Shown here one piece after another: positions 1 through 64,000 of a DNA stretch of 64,000 nt. A program made the translations under genes and the position numbers. Below the pieces are notes generated by a model. The model searched no databases. It was not told the origin of the DNA and saw only the letters and a list, made by a program, of their open reading frames with translations. This stretch comes from Lingula anatina (taxonomy: Eukaryota > Animalia > Brachiopoda): assembly GCA_051362555.1 (NCBI GenBank), contig CM120646.1:7440001-7504000 (forward strand), written 5' to 3'. The number at the start of each line of letters is the position of its first letter. Within the stretch, counting starts at the first letter, position 1.

Positions 1-292
1 TTTGGGGAAGAATCAAAGGGTGACTTGAAGCAATGCTAACACGTAATGCTACGTTTCGCATTTATTCAGTGTTTGGATTCTTTAACTTGAATATAATAAA
101 TAGTGATACTTGTAGATATAACTTGTGTGCCCTCCCCTCTCCGGCAAGCATTTTAGAAAGACAATATTTTTCATTATGGGATATTCAGACTAAACCCACA
201 TTTTAAATAAAGAACTAGTACGATAGGTTGATGGGAATAGGGCCTAGGGTTCAGTTTTCCTCTCCAGTGAGTGGGTCAAGAAATCCACTTAC

Positions 293-385
293 CTCCTCCC
301 CTGGTTTAACTAGCCTCAGTGCTGCCTCTACTCCCCAGTACGCTGCTAATATGGCGTCTGCTTTACGTCCCTTCACTTTGTTCTC
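293..385 (-). CDS. PA2G4: PA2G4 exon 5 (93 nt)
   Basis: CTCAG acceptor, [31 protein letters not shown], donor GTAAGT. Confidence 0.93.
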
Positions 386-2762
386 CTGAGGAAGTCAAAG
401 CCGTAGTTAAGTAAAAATCCTCAACATTTCAAATCTATCGATATTCAGAGTTCTGATGAAAAGATTAAATGGTAAGAAAATTTCACCTGCTGAATGATCA
501 AATTGTTGTTAACTTTTGGAAGGAGTCATTCAACCCCATTATTTATAAACCTTACAGACTTGATAGTGTTACATAATTTGTGCAGCTACACAAGATACAT
601 TTATTGACCATGCACATTTAACATAAAATAATTAATCAAAATATTTCAGATGCCAAAATACAGTTAGAATCTTATTCACACATAAATTGCCAATTTACAA
701 GTGTCATAACATGAAAGTTCCATTTGATGCAGGGAAACCAGTATTTTCTTACCACAGTAGCTCCTACGACCAGTGTGTGAGCTACCATAGCAGAGAAGCC
801 ATCAATGTGGACGCCCATGTCACTGGAATTATAAAATCATACTACATAAGGCTTCAACTCATTCTTTTCTATTTGCGATTTACTGAACCACATGCTGTAG
901 CAAACATAAAATGATATGTGTCAGTTGCACACAGTTTTTTCCCCCACTAAATATTGTTTAAAATATTCTTTATAATACTGCAAAAACTTGCAACGTATTG
1001 CACTGAGCAGCAAAATCAACCCTCAAATAGGATCTAACTTGAAACTTTTCTTCACAGGTAATAAGTTTAGAGCAAAGGATATATTATTTCCAGAGCAGCA
1101 TCTACTAATTCAGTGTGATGCTATTACATATCAGAAAGTGTTAGTCAGTAACATAAACTATCAACCTCTTACCAGTTGCCAGTAAAACAGAATTCATGGC
1201 AGTAAAATTTGTGTAAATTTGTGAAGTAGCTGGTTTTGACTTCAATGGTTAGTGGATTTTTCACATTTCAATTAAAATTCTTCAGATGAAAAGTGTTACA
1301 GAACTTTCAGTCTGCGGGGAAAGAGACATACATTTTTACCAAATCCCCGTCCTTCAGTTCCACGTCTGGGTCACTTTTGAGAGGAGAGAAGTGACAGATG
1401 CAGTTGTTGACAGATAGACAGCATGGAAAGGCAATACCTGCAAAGAGAAGTCAACATTTTTAACTTCTTTTTTGATAACTTTAAATGGTCAATTTCTTTG
1501 GGGAATCACACAAATACAAGTTAGTATTAAAATGTATTTTGACATGCTCAGTGTTTTTCTTTAAAACATACTTTTCAAAATGGGAGATATATAATTGGTC
1601 ATTCATTGGGAAGTAAAATACACAAAAATGAGAAAACTATGAAAAACCTACACAAACTTCACACTTATGTGAGGCTATTTGTACCTTTCTTCATCTCCTT
1701 GTTCTTCTTGAATACTTTGCCTGTTTCTTCCAGCATTAGCTTATCCCCAAACTCACAGATCTCTACTATTTTGGCTCCGGCTACACATTTTTCCACCACT
1801 TGCTTTAAGATATCTGAAAAAGAAAGCATGGAAATGTTGTTATTATTTCTATTCAACTTATATAATTCTAATTTATCGAGTTAGAGAAAAATTGCAAAAC
1901 AGATTACCCTTACATAAAAATCAACATAATGATTGAGAAATAAAATAATAAAATCCTCAGGGTGATTAGATCTGCATACAGAAGAATATTCCCGTTTTAA
2001 TTGTTTAACATGAACAAATTGTAGTGCAGAATTTTCCTTCGACAAAAGTTGAAACTTGTGCTTAGCTTGAACCTTCAAAGAATTTGACCGACCCGAAAGT
2101 ATCTAAGCAGAGTCTACCAAACTTGATGATTCAGTTTGAAAGCACATGGTACTAACATTCCACATGCAACTGAACCTGCCAGTAATAGTACAGTAACTTA
2201 TTTAGTACTAACTAAACAGTAGTCGGTGCCCTTTTGATGAACTTGGTGTGAATGTTTATATATTCAAAAAAGAGAAAAACCCTAAGGCATTTTCTAAAGC
2301 ATTCCCATACCCATGAAAATCATTATATTCTAATAAATCGAAACGATTAAAGAAGTTTAATCGACTTTTATCTTTAAAATCCAGCATGGTCATGTTTGCC
2401 TTCACTGGCTTTTGCCTTGCCAATGTTAACTCCAGCACTGACAACACTCGTGAAAAGAACGGCTCACTATAAAAACAACTGGACGAGGTATACTAATCTG
2501 TTTTTTAACTTTTATTGAGAAAATAAAAAGAAACTAGTTACAACCAGCTGTTCATTCATTGAGATTGCACAACGTTGCCACATGGTGCCCGGTTGAGGTA
2601 CATTTTCAGAGAGTACTGGAGTGATTTTATCCTTTTCGTTTGAGTATGCTTTGGCAAATGACCTCACTCACCGTTAGCCATGTCACCTGCCATTTTATAT
2701 TTGGTGACAACAATATCTTGAGCGATAGTTGGCTCATCTTGTTGTTCCTCCTTGTCCGCCAT
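293..2762 (-). CDS. PA2G4: PA2G4/EBP1 (proliferation-associated 2G4), 5' part: coding exons 1-5; gene continues beyond the left edge
   Basis: Spliced translation [163 protein letters not shown] matches the recognisable EBP1 N-terminus. All introns are GT-AG with consistent phases. Confidence 0.96.
753..822 (-). CDS. PA2G4: PA2G4 exon 4 (70 nt)
   Basis: TTCCAG acceptor, [23 protein letters not shown], donor GTAAG. Confidence 0.93.
1332..1437 (-). CDS. PA2G4: PA2G4 exon 3 (106 nt)
   Basis: TTGCAG acceptor, [36 protein letters not shown], donor GTATGT. Confidence 0.94.
1685..1813 (-). CDS. PA2G4: PA2G4 exon 2 (129 nt)
   Basis: TTTTCAG acceptor, [10 protein letters not shown]...KKNKEMKKG, donor GTAC. 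Confidence 0.93.
2672..2762 (-). CDS. PA2G4: PA2G4 coding exon 1 (91 nt)
   Basis: ATG at 2762, [30 protein letters not shown], donor GTGAGT. Confidence 0.93.
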
Positions 2763-3030
2763 TTTCACGTGTTTGTCCCAAAATGGCGCGAATTCGTATT
2801 TAAATGGGCCTTTTTTTCTCCAAATGCGAAATAAAAATCACCTGAATTCACTTGAGGTTGCAAATAAAAAGGAAATGGTTGTTTGTTTCGATAAACAGAA
2901 ATACCAAAAGTTCTTTACGGCCATAAACATCAAACAGAAACGTACAAAGTGAAATATATTGGCTTTTTTAATTATTCACGTGAAATCTCGCGAGAAAATG
3001 ATATCATGCATTTGAAAGTCCAAGATGGCG
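2763..3030. promoter_or_regulatory. Bidirectional promoter shared by PA2G4 and CLASP
   Basis: Locally CpG-rich. TCTCGCGAGA palindrome 2986-2995, E-boxes CACGTG 2766-2771 and TCACGTGA 2976-2983, ATTGG (CCAAT) 2958-2962, YY1-like A(A/G)ATGGCG at the PA2G4 ATG, ~2781 and ~3022. Confidence 0.7.
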
Positions 3031-3149
3031 AACACTGATTGATCTTTGTGCAGTAAAGGAGTGTTGGAAAAATTGCGTTTGCCCGAATAGCTGGACCCAA
3101 AATAATTGTTGCAGTATCCTCAAGCAAAGAAAAATTCGGAACTACCACT
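3021..3149 (+). other. CLASP1: Putative non-coding first exon of CLASP (5' boundary approximate)
   Basis: Follows the promoter motifs, starts with CAAGATGGCG and ends at a consensus GTAAGT donor at 3150. Contains a 5-codon uORF (3025-3042). Confidence 0.5.
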
Positions 3150-5290
3150 GTAAGTAGTAAAGTGTGTACAGACGCTTTCAAGTTGGGTTTTGCAGCAAGT
3201 GTTTTTGTCGGCATCGCATCACTAGTTTTACACCGCACAGGGCGGCTATCTGACACTGCATATGTTTAAATCGCTGTCAGCTCTAATGAAAAAAGTACCG
3301 GTTTTGCATATCCAATTAAGCAAAATTTATCTGCATTGGAATAGACACCTGAAGTTCCTGTTATGGTTTTTTTTTTTTCCATTTTGCTTTACATCCTTTA
3401 CTTTGCATTGACAGAGATACTGACAACGATGCTGTGGTGAATTTTATAATCATATTATTTTATAACCATTATCTCTGACATTGTCACTTCATTGCCATTG
3501 ATGCTAACAGCTTGTAGGATTTTGATCATTCTCTCAATGATGCAGAAACTAGTTTAACATCATTGCTTGGGTGGTTAAAGTTATGTCTGTTTTTACCCCA
3601 TTACTAGTTAGTAATTTAATACTATTGTTTGATTATTTTCATTTTTGTGTGAGGAACATTGCTTCTTTGGGTTTCTTCTTTTTCTCTTCTTAACTCAATC
3701 AAATTACAGGAAGATTAAAGAAGACTTTTTGTAACTACATAGAAATGATGACAAAAAGATTTCAAAGAGAATTGTGGTAATACTTTTCAGTTGCCAAACA
3801 CCTAATTTTTAAGGATGAAGATTTTTGTCCAAGTGTTGCTACTTGGGCGTTGATCATGGGGATATTGATACGTATTAAGATTCAGTCAATTAGTTAATTT
3901 GGGTATTTTGTTTAGATCTTCTGTATACATTGCATTTTCTTTGTTCTGAACCAGATACTGTACTATAATTTCATGGGTTAAAACTGCTAGGTTTATTTGC
4001 TGTATATCTTGGCCTCATAGAACTAAAGTGCTTCATTTATTTCAGTTCTTTTTAACCGAAGTGGTGTACATATAAGGCACCTCACATTGCAGGGTATAAT
4101 AGTTCAGCAATACAGTCTTTACTGGCAGAGTACGCTTGTAGCAAAAAGGGAGTTACTACTACCCAATTAGATCTTATACACTGGACATGGCCACTTTATT
4201 TAAAGACAAACATACTTGCTTAAAAATTAGCAAAAGGGAATAACATGCGTGTTTGGACCCTGCAATGTGTACAAGTACAGATTATTGATAAAGTATAGTT
4301 CTTAGTGGAGAAAATTGCCTACTCATACCTTCCATGTTGACATCTGTCACTTTATTTCAGGAGAAATGGCCATATACACTCCCTGCATATGATCATATAT
4401 ATGGAGGGCTTTCGTTTGTATTCATGCTGCTTATGTATGTATTGATTAGTGTGTGGCTTAACAGCAATTGGCACAGTTGGCTCTGCTGAATTTGTGCATA
4501 GATTTTGTAAGTGTCTTTGTATACAATTGATATACAAGTTCCATTGGCACGTTTACTATTGGAGTGCATTGAAGATGGTTCAGTTAAATTAGTATCAAGT
4601 AAAACTTTCTCAAACCATCATTAATGTACTCCTAAACTGAGGTTTTTCAGATCTTTAGTAGCACTTTAGTGTGCCCTCTTTTTTTTGTGAATCATTGTTT
4701 GATAAGAGATATGCTTGCATTGATTCATTTGAGTTTTAATCCCCTTATACCTTATGATCAAGGAAAGGTGTTTAAGTGCAAAGTGGAATGTTTAGTATTT
4801 GACATAGCAAGTCACAGCCTGAAGTGACTGCATGCCACTGCCAATTTCCATTGTATTGCATGCATATATGTTCATGTGAGAAGTACTTTACATCAGAAAA
4901 TTGCCAGGTTAACTTTTATATTTTTTAAACAAATGGAACAGTAAGCAATATGTCCAGCACTGGTGGACTGATATAGAACCCATTTATATACATCTTGGTC
5001 CTACTCCTTTGGCCAAATGAGAATAACCTCAAATGGATGATAAACTGGGCAAAATGTTTTCCATTTTCTTAAGTCACGGTAAACAGTTTAATTATGTAGC
5101 AGATGTTATGTCTATTTGAAGCAAAATAAATGGTTTTAATTTCATTTTTAGCTGGCAAAGCCAATGAAAAAACTATTATTTTTTGAATTATTTATTTACT
5201 TCCTACAGTTGATTAGAACTGTAAAAAGGTAGTCCATACATTCACAGTGATCAGTTCATCTCAGCCCAGACTGTTTACAAGTACATTAAT

Positions 5291-5702
5291 GTCTGTGGGC
5301 TCTGTCAGTACAGCAAGTGTGAGCTGCTCACTGCTGTTATCTCATGGCTGTCTGTGGGCTCTGTCAGTACAGCAAGTGTGAGCTGCTCACTGCTGTTATC
5401 TCATGGCTGTCTGTGGGCTCAGTCAGTACAGCAAGTGTGAGCTGCTCACTGCTGTAATCTCATGGCTGTCTGTGGGCTCAGTCAGTACAGCAAGTGTGAG
5501 CTGCTCACTGCTGTTATCTCATGGCTGTCTGTGGGCTCTGTCAGTATAGCAAGTGTGAGCTGCTCACTGCTGTTATCTCATGGCTGTCTGTGGGCTCAGT
5601 CAGTACAGCAAGTGTGAGCTGCTCACTGCTGTTTTCTCATGGCTGTCTGTGGGCTCAGTCAGTACAGCAAGTGTGAGCTGCTCACTGCTGTTTTCTCACG
5701 GC
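5291..5702. repeat. Minisatellite, 7 copies of a 59-bp unit
   Basis: Unit GTCTGTGGGCTCWGTCAGTACAGCAAGTGTGAGCTGCTCACTGCTGTTATCTCATGGCT; copies are near-identical. Confidence 0.95.
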
Positions 5703-7801
5703 AACTGAGGGCTCAGGTGAGCTGACTTCACCCAGTACTAGCACTTGGCAGCTGAATCAGGCCTAGGAAACCAGGGCCCATGGCATATTGCCATTACTAT
5801 AAATTTTATCCTGTTCAAAATGAGAAATTGAGAAATATTATGTCTGCAGGCTGTGAGGTACTTACTGAGTACATTGTATAATGATATATATTTGTTTCTT
5901 TTCTCTTTACATGTGAACATAAAGCTGACTCTAAATGTAGGCATGCTTTATTATCAGATTATTTTGACAATGCATATTTAAGACCATTGTTTATGGTCTA
6001 TCTTCTCACATTACAAAAAAAAAAATAATAATAGTTACTCTAATTATTATTTTCCTTTAAGGAAAATATTTAGGTCTATTCAGCCTATTTTATCATTTAC
6101 TTATTTTTTGCGTGTGCTTATGTTTATGTTTGTGGATAAAAATAGTGCTGTGTATGTTGAAAATAGTTACCAATGACAACAGTAATCAGCCATATGAAGA
6201 AAGTTACTCTGCCAGCATGCTGACTAACGTCAACTAACATAATTCAGATAGCTATAATATGTTAACACATATTACGTAGGCTCTAGCTGTAGACAGGAAG
6301 TAGTGATGAGTATTTCCAATTTGATAAGATTTAACATATCTCAACCTCCATGTGTAGCACTTGCCGTTTGATGTGGGTCTGTATGCAACTTCTACTTAAC
6401 ATGAAGTTGGCCTTTCCCCAGATTGATCTCAGAAATCCTGAAGGTTTGGGATAACTCCTGTTTACCTGGAATAACACCAACTATTTGGTAAACTACATGC
6501 TTCTATCTGATAGTTACTAGTATGGTAATTGCTCTGTAAATTTGAGCTAAATTAATTACTAGTATTAGTTGCCACAAAAATATGTTTTGTTCATTAATGA
6601 TTGATCAAATGTTTATTGCGAGGTTTTGAAATTTTTGTTGGCTTCAAGTTGGTGAAATTATATTTTTATGCAGGATGTTAACGATTTAAAGCAACTGTCT
6701 GGCCTTTTTTAGGATTCCCCATTCCAATTTTGGTTGGTCAATTTTTAGATTTATTTGTTGTTTAGCATATGGAACCTGAATGGCCTGTCTTGGGAATAAA
6801 ATAATTTGGACTGTTTTTCAAAATCCAGACCAAACCCAGGTGTTTTTTTTAACTGAGTTTACAACTAAGTCTAAGATGACAAATGTTGAAACAGTAAGAA
6901 ATATGGCATTTCTCATTTCTAGAATTTGAGGCATTGGGAATTTACTAGTAATTACGGTATATACTAGTATACTTGTGAAGGTGAACTGTATGCTCTGTTT
7001 GTTATAAAACATGTCACTGTAACTGCATTTCCTGGGTGTATACTAGTATAGGGTCTGTAGATTAACTAATGGCTATACTGATGATCTAGTTTGTATACAA
7101 CATTAATTTATTTAAATAAGGTTGCTTTTGACATTAATTTATCATAATTTCATCTGTTATCATAGTTTATACACAAAATGATCAACAAAAGCTAGCAATT
7201 TTTCAGAACTTTTTTCTTTTTTAGTACAGAAAAATCATCAGGTGATGTACTAGTAAAAGAAAAGATTACCTTTGTTTAAAAAAAAACATTATGTCTCGCA
7301 ACTATCCCATATAGCTTAAAAATTAAAATGTAAGCTGGATGCCACTCCTGTACATAAAACTAGGTACATCAGACGGGTACGTACTTTTGAACACGAGGCA
7401 GGTCATGAAGTATTTGCTTTAGCCATGGCTTTTTACACCAAAGCATTATTGTATAGAAGTCTCTTCAGAATCATAATAAAAATCTGTTGATGCAGTTAGT
7501 ATTGTGTAGCGTTCACCTATGAAAGCTGCCACTTACAGGTTAGTATGAGATGGTCAACTTGCATGGTAATGTGCTCATAGACCTGTATACTGTCGTACAA
7601 AATTGACTGAAAAACACATGTAATGCTAAACCTAATGAGACACTTGAGAACTTACTAGTATTATAATTCTGTTGATAATTCTGACATTTATAATCCTGAC
7701 AGAAATTGACAGTCTGGTTCACTAGTTTGCCAAGCAGATTCACATCTATATATACAAATATGGAGGTACATGTACTTGCCGCTACCTATAGGCATTTACT
7801 T

Positions 7802-7837
<36 letters not shown>

Positions 7838-7845
7838 ACACACAC
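7802..7845. repeat. (CT)n/(CA)n microsatellite
   Basis: Direct inspection. Confidence 0.9.
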
Positions 7846-10410
7846 TCATACACAGTAAAAATGTAAGAAGTAAGTCCTATCAGGTAGAGAATAGCAGACA
7901 TATTCAACTGTTGATACCATGTGTGTGGGACACCATTGAAATCAGCCCCTATCCCCTTACCACATTACCCTCAGTAACTAGTCAGTCCATTGTGTAGCTG
8001 ACCACTGTCCAGTAAAGTAACCCAAGATGGACAATGTATGATGGGACACAATCACTCTGATGTTTGTCATATCGTACATTTACTTATGACCTTCTTTTGT
8101 GGTTCACATAACAGATGTCTATAACAATTTATTTACATTTATTGGCTTGTTTTATATTTCACAAGGCAGGTAATTGGAGTGCTATCTGTATCAAGGCAGA
8201 ATATGGAGGTAATTTATGAAGGTGCTTCTCAGTTAATACTTAATTAAGAGGCCAATTTATATCTGTCACAATGTTAGGTAGTGTGGAATTTAAAGTGAGA
8301 ATTGGATCCCACTATCTAAAATGTTATTGAAATTAAAAATTCATAAAAAAAAACTTGTTTCATCTCATTTCTCTGCTCTTATTGTGCACAGCTGTATGGA
8401 ATATTTTACCTCTATTACATATTAAAATCAGACATATCAAGGGGAAATATTGAATTTATTCTCATTTCCTTATATGTGCATGTTAATATGGTCTGAAATT
8501 GATATTAAAAGAAACTGAAGGACATATGTGGCGAGTTTATGTCAAAATACTTGCCATGCAGCAGAAATATGGTTTGTCTCATTGCGCAGTGCTTACAGTA
8601 CATCATCTGCATCCAACATTTTACATCCAAGTCACAGTAATTGACCAGCATCCTGAAACACATACATTAGCAATTTAGATTCATTTGCATAATCTCGTTA
8701 GTAGATTTGGTGATAGCCACTGATCCTATAGTGTATGCTGTATCTTTCCAATGATCATTTGCTTATCACAGTTTGGTTGTCGAGCCATTAATACATTTGC
8801 TCTCTGTAATTGCCTTTCTTCTGTAGTGCAAATAGTTCTCATATGTAGCAGCCATATAGGAATTTGGGATCATTGATTATGCTTGGCAGTTCTAATACAA
8901 GAACTGCTACTGTGGCAGAGTTTTTTGTTATGAAATATTACAACAGCAGTTGCATCACTGTTCTGCAAGGCGGACATTTGTATTGTTTGTGTGGAAATTT
9001 AGTATTCTTTATTCTTTAGCTACTTCACACACTGAGTTGAGTTGCAGTTGTTTACTTGAAATCAGGGTAGAAATTAGTTTCTGTGTGGAGCAAGATTTAG
9101 TAGCCATAGTCTTTTTTCTCTTTTTTAAATAACAGAAAATTTATAAAAAGAGATAAGTAGTGTGTGCAAAAAATGAGTGTACTTGTAGAAGTCTTCTAGA
9201 ATGTACACTAGAAAACTGGCTATAATTGCGGTTACAGTGCAAAACTCGTCAGTTCTTTCTGAGAACTAAAACTTAACAACATGGACAATGTCACAAGTGT
9301 TGTAATTTACTTGATGTTTGTGATTGTAGTGCATTATCACTTACTGACAACAAAAGTGTTATATTATACCAACTTAACGCAGGTGAAAACCATTTCTTAA
9401 TGACATGGAGCTACAACTGCTGTAGTATGAATGAGAAAGCAAGATGAATGATGTAAACATTGATTTTTTTTAGACTTCTGGGAAGAAATTGCACAGAGTC
9501 AGACAAATGCCATGTGCCTGCCTTCGGCTTGTATTGAAAGTGTCTGTGTTTGAATGGAGAGACAGATGTATTAGGATTATGTGAAAACATATTGGTGTAT
9601 GTTATTATTGACAAATTGGCAAGTCTGGCATTGCATGTGGAGACTATGCTGGTGATTTTAAGTTTTGATATAACAAGATTGAGATAATTTGTTGTATGAT
9701 TTGTCTTTGTTTCAGTGTTTTATATCATTTGTATAATATGTAACCTATATATCCTTTTGGGTGGAATGCATTTTTGCAATGCAATAACAACTATAAAAAT
9801 ATATATTTTTTGCACTGTTGATTCTATTGAAATAGCAGCACAACAATAAAACCTGTTTTAATATGAAATAATTGCATGTATAAGACCATTGAAAATATGA
9901 GAGTTAATTACATATGTAAATTCATGTGTCTACAAAACATGTATGTACTAGTAGAAGCCATTAGCACATGGTAGGTTTTTAGCTGATTGATGCATTTTTT
10001 TCCCCATATTTCAGCTTAGGAAGAAAGATGCATCATTTTGCAGTCTTGGCAGTACTTCAGCGGTATTCCCCATACAATGTTTTATATGTCATTATTCATC
10101 TTGGATGATGACAGCCACCGAAACCTAAAAAACTGGCATAAAGAAAGAGCAAGGCTTCAAAACAAGGATTCTGCAATGTCTGTATATATTTTAATGTGGC
10201 TGTCTTGTATGTTTCAGGCTAAAAAAAGGACCATGCTCGTGGACTAGGAATACAGAGATCCTTGAAACCAGGGGTGGCACTTTAAATTAAGTCACCATCC
10301 TGTGTCTCAGAGGTGGCACTTGTATTTGGTAGACCACCTTAAATAACCAGTCACACCCAATTTACCGTAACACAGCTATAGGAGACTGAGGCACAGCAGA
10401 TCTAGTCAAA

Positions 10411-63768
<53,358 letters not shown>

Positions 63769-64000
63769 GTGAGTGGCTTGATTGCTTGTTTGCTTGACTT
63801 CTAGTGAATTTTTTGATGAATTTAAACCCTTTTAACGAAGTTGCTTTCACTGTGATTGGCCATTTTCCTTATTATGCTCCATAGAAAGTCTTAACTGACA
63901 CTGATTGATTGGTGCTATTCACCTTTCGCTAAGATTGCTGTGCAGTTTTAGCTGTGCATCAGTAATGTGTTTTCAGCTATGGATATATTATTATGTATAG

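Noticed and set aside
386-2671. Intronic snoRNAs in PA2G4
   Set aside because: Only degenerate C-box/CTGA pairs (e.g. minus strand 445-532 and 1548-1607), with no terminal stem or recognisable rRNA guide; an Infernal/snoscan search would be needed
5291-5702. Palindromic repeat array resembling a CRISPR array
   Set aside because: Units are contiguous with no unique spacers, there are no cas genes, and it lies in a eukaryotic intron

Overview
This is AT-rich, intron-rich animal genomic DNA, not prokaryotic; a lophotrochozoan such as a mollusc is plausible but is only inference. Two genes are arranged head to head around a ~260-bp promoter (2763-3024). On the minus strand are the first five coding exons of PA2G4/EBP1 (2762 to 293, running off the left edge). 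On the plus strand is a CLASP (CLIP-associating protein, Orbit/MAST) gene with ATG at 10411, TOG1 exons at 10411-20373, TOG2 exons at 55500-57979 and Ser/Arg-rich linker exons to 63768, running off the right edge. All exons were assembled by hand with GT-AG sites and consistent phases. The ~31-kb intron after TOG1 holds two ~1-kb disordered coding exons (31894-32914 and 48652-49615) that look like alternative, TOG1-less N-termini. One carries a DSGVYS degron-like motif and the other several TQT/VQT LC8-type motifs. There is also a 33-nt microexon and a cassette exon with a PxIxIT-type motif. The introns contain Helentron/HINE-like elements with ~160-bp internal satellite units, Harbinger-type MITEs, a hAT deletion derivative with a perfect 8-bp TSD, a four-level nested transposon cluster (37.6-44.6 kb), a 59-bp hairpin minisatellite and microsatellites. 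I see no evidence of a wholly new biological system. The most novel-looking signal is the modular CLASP isoform architecture.
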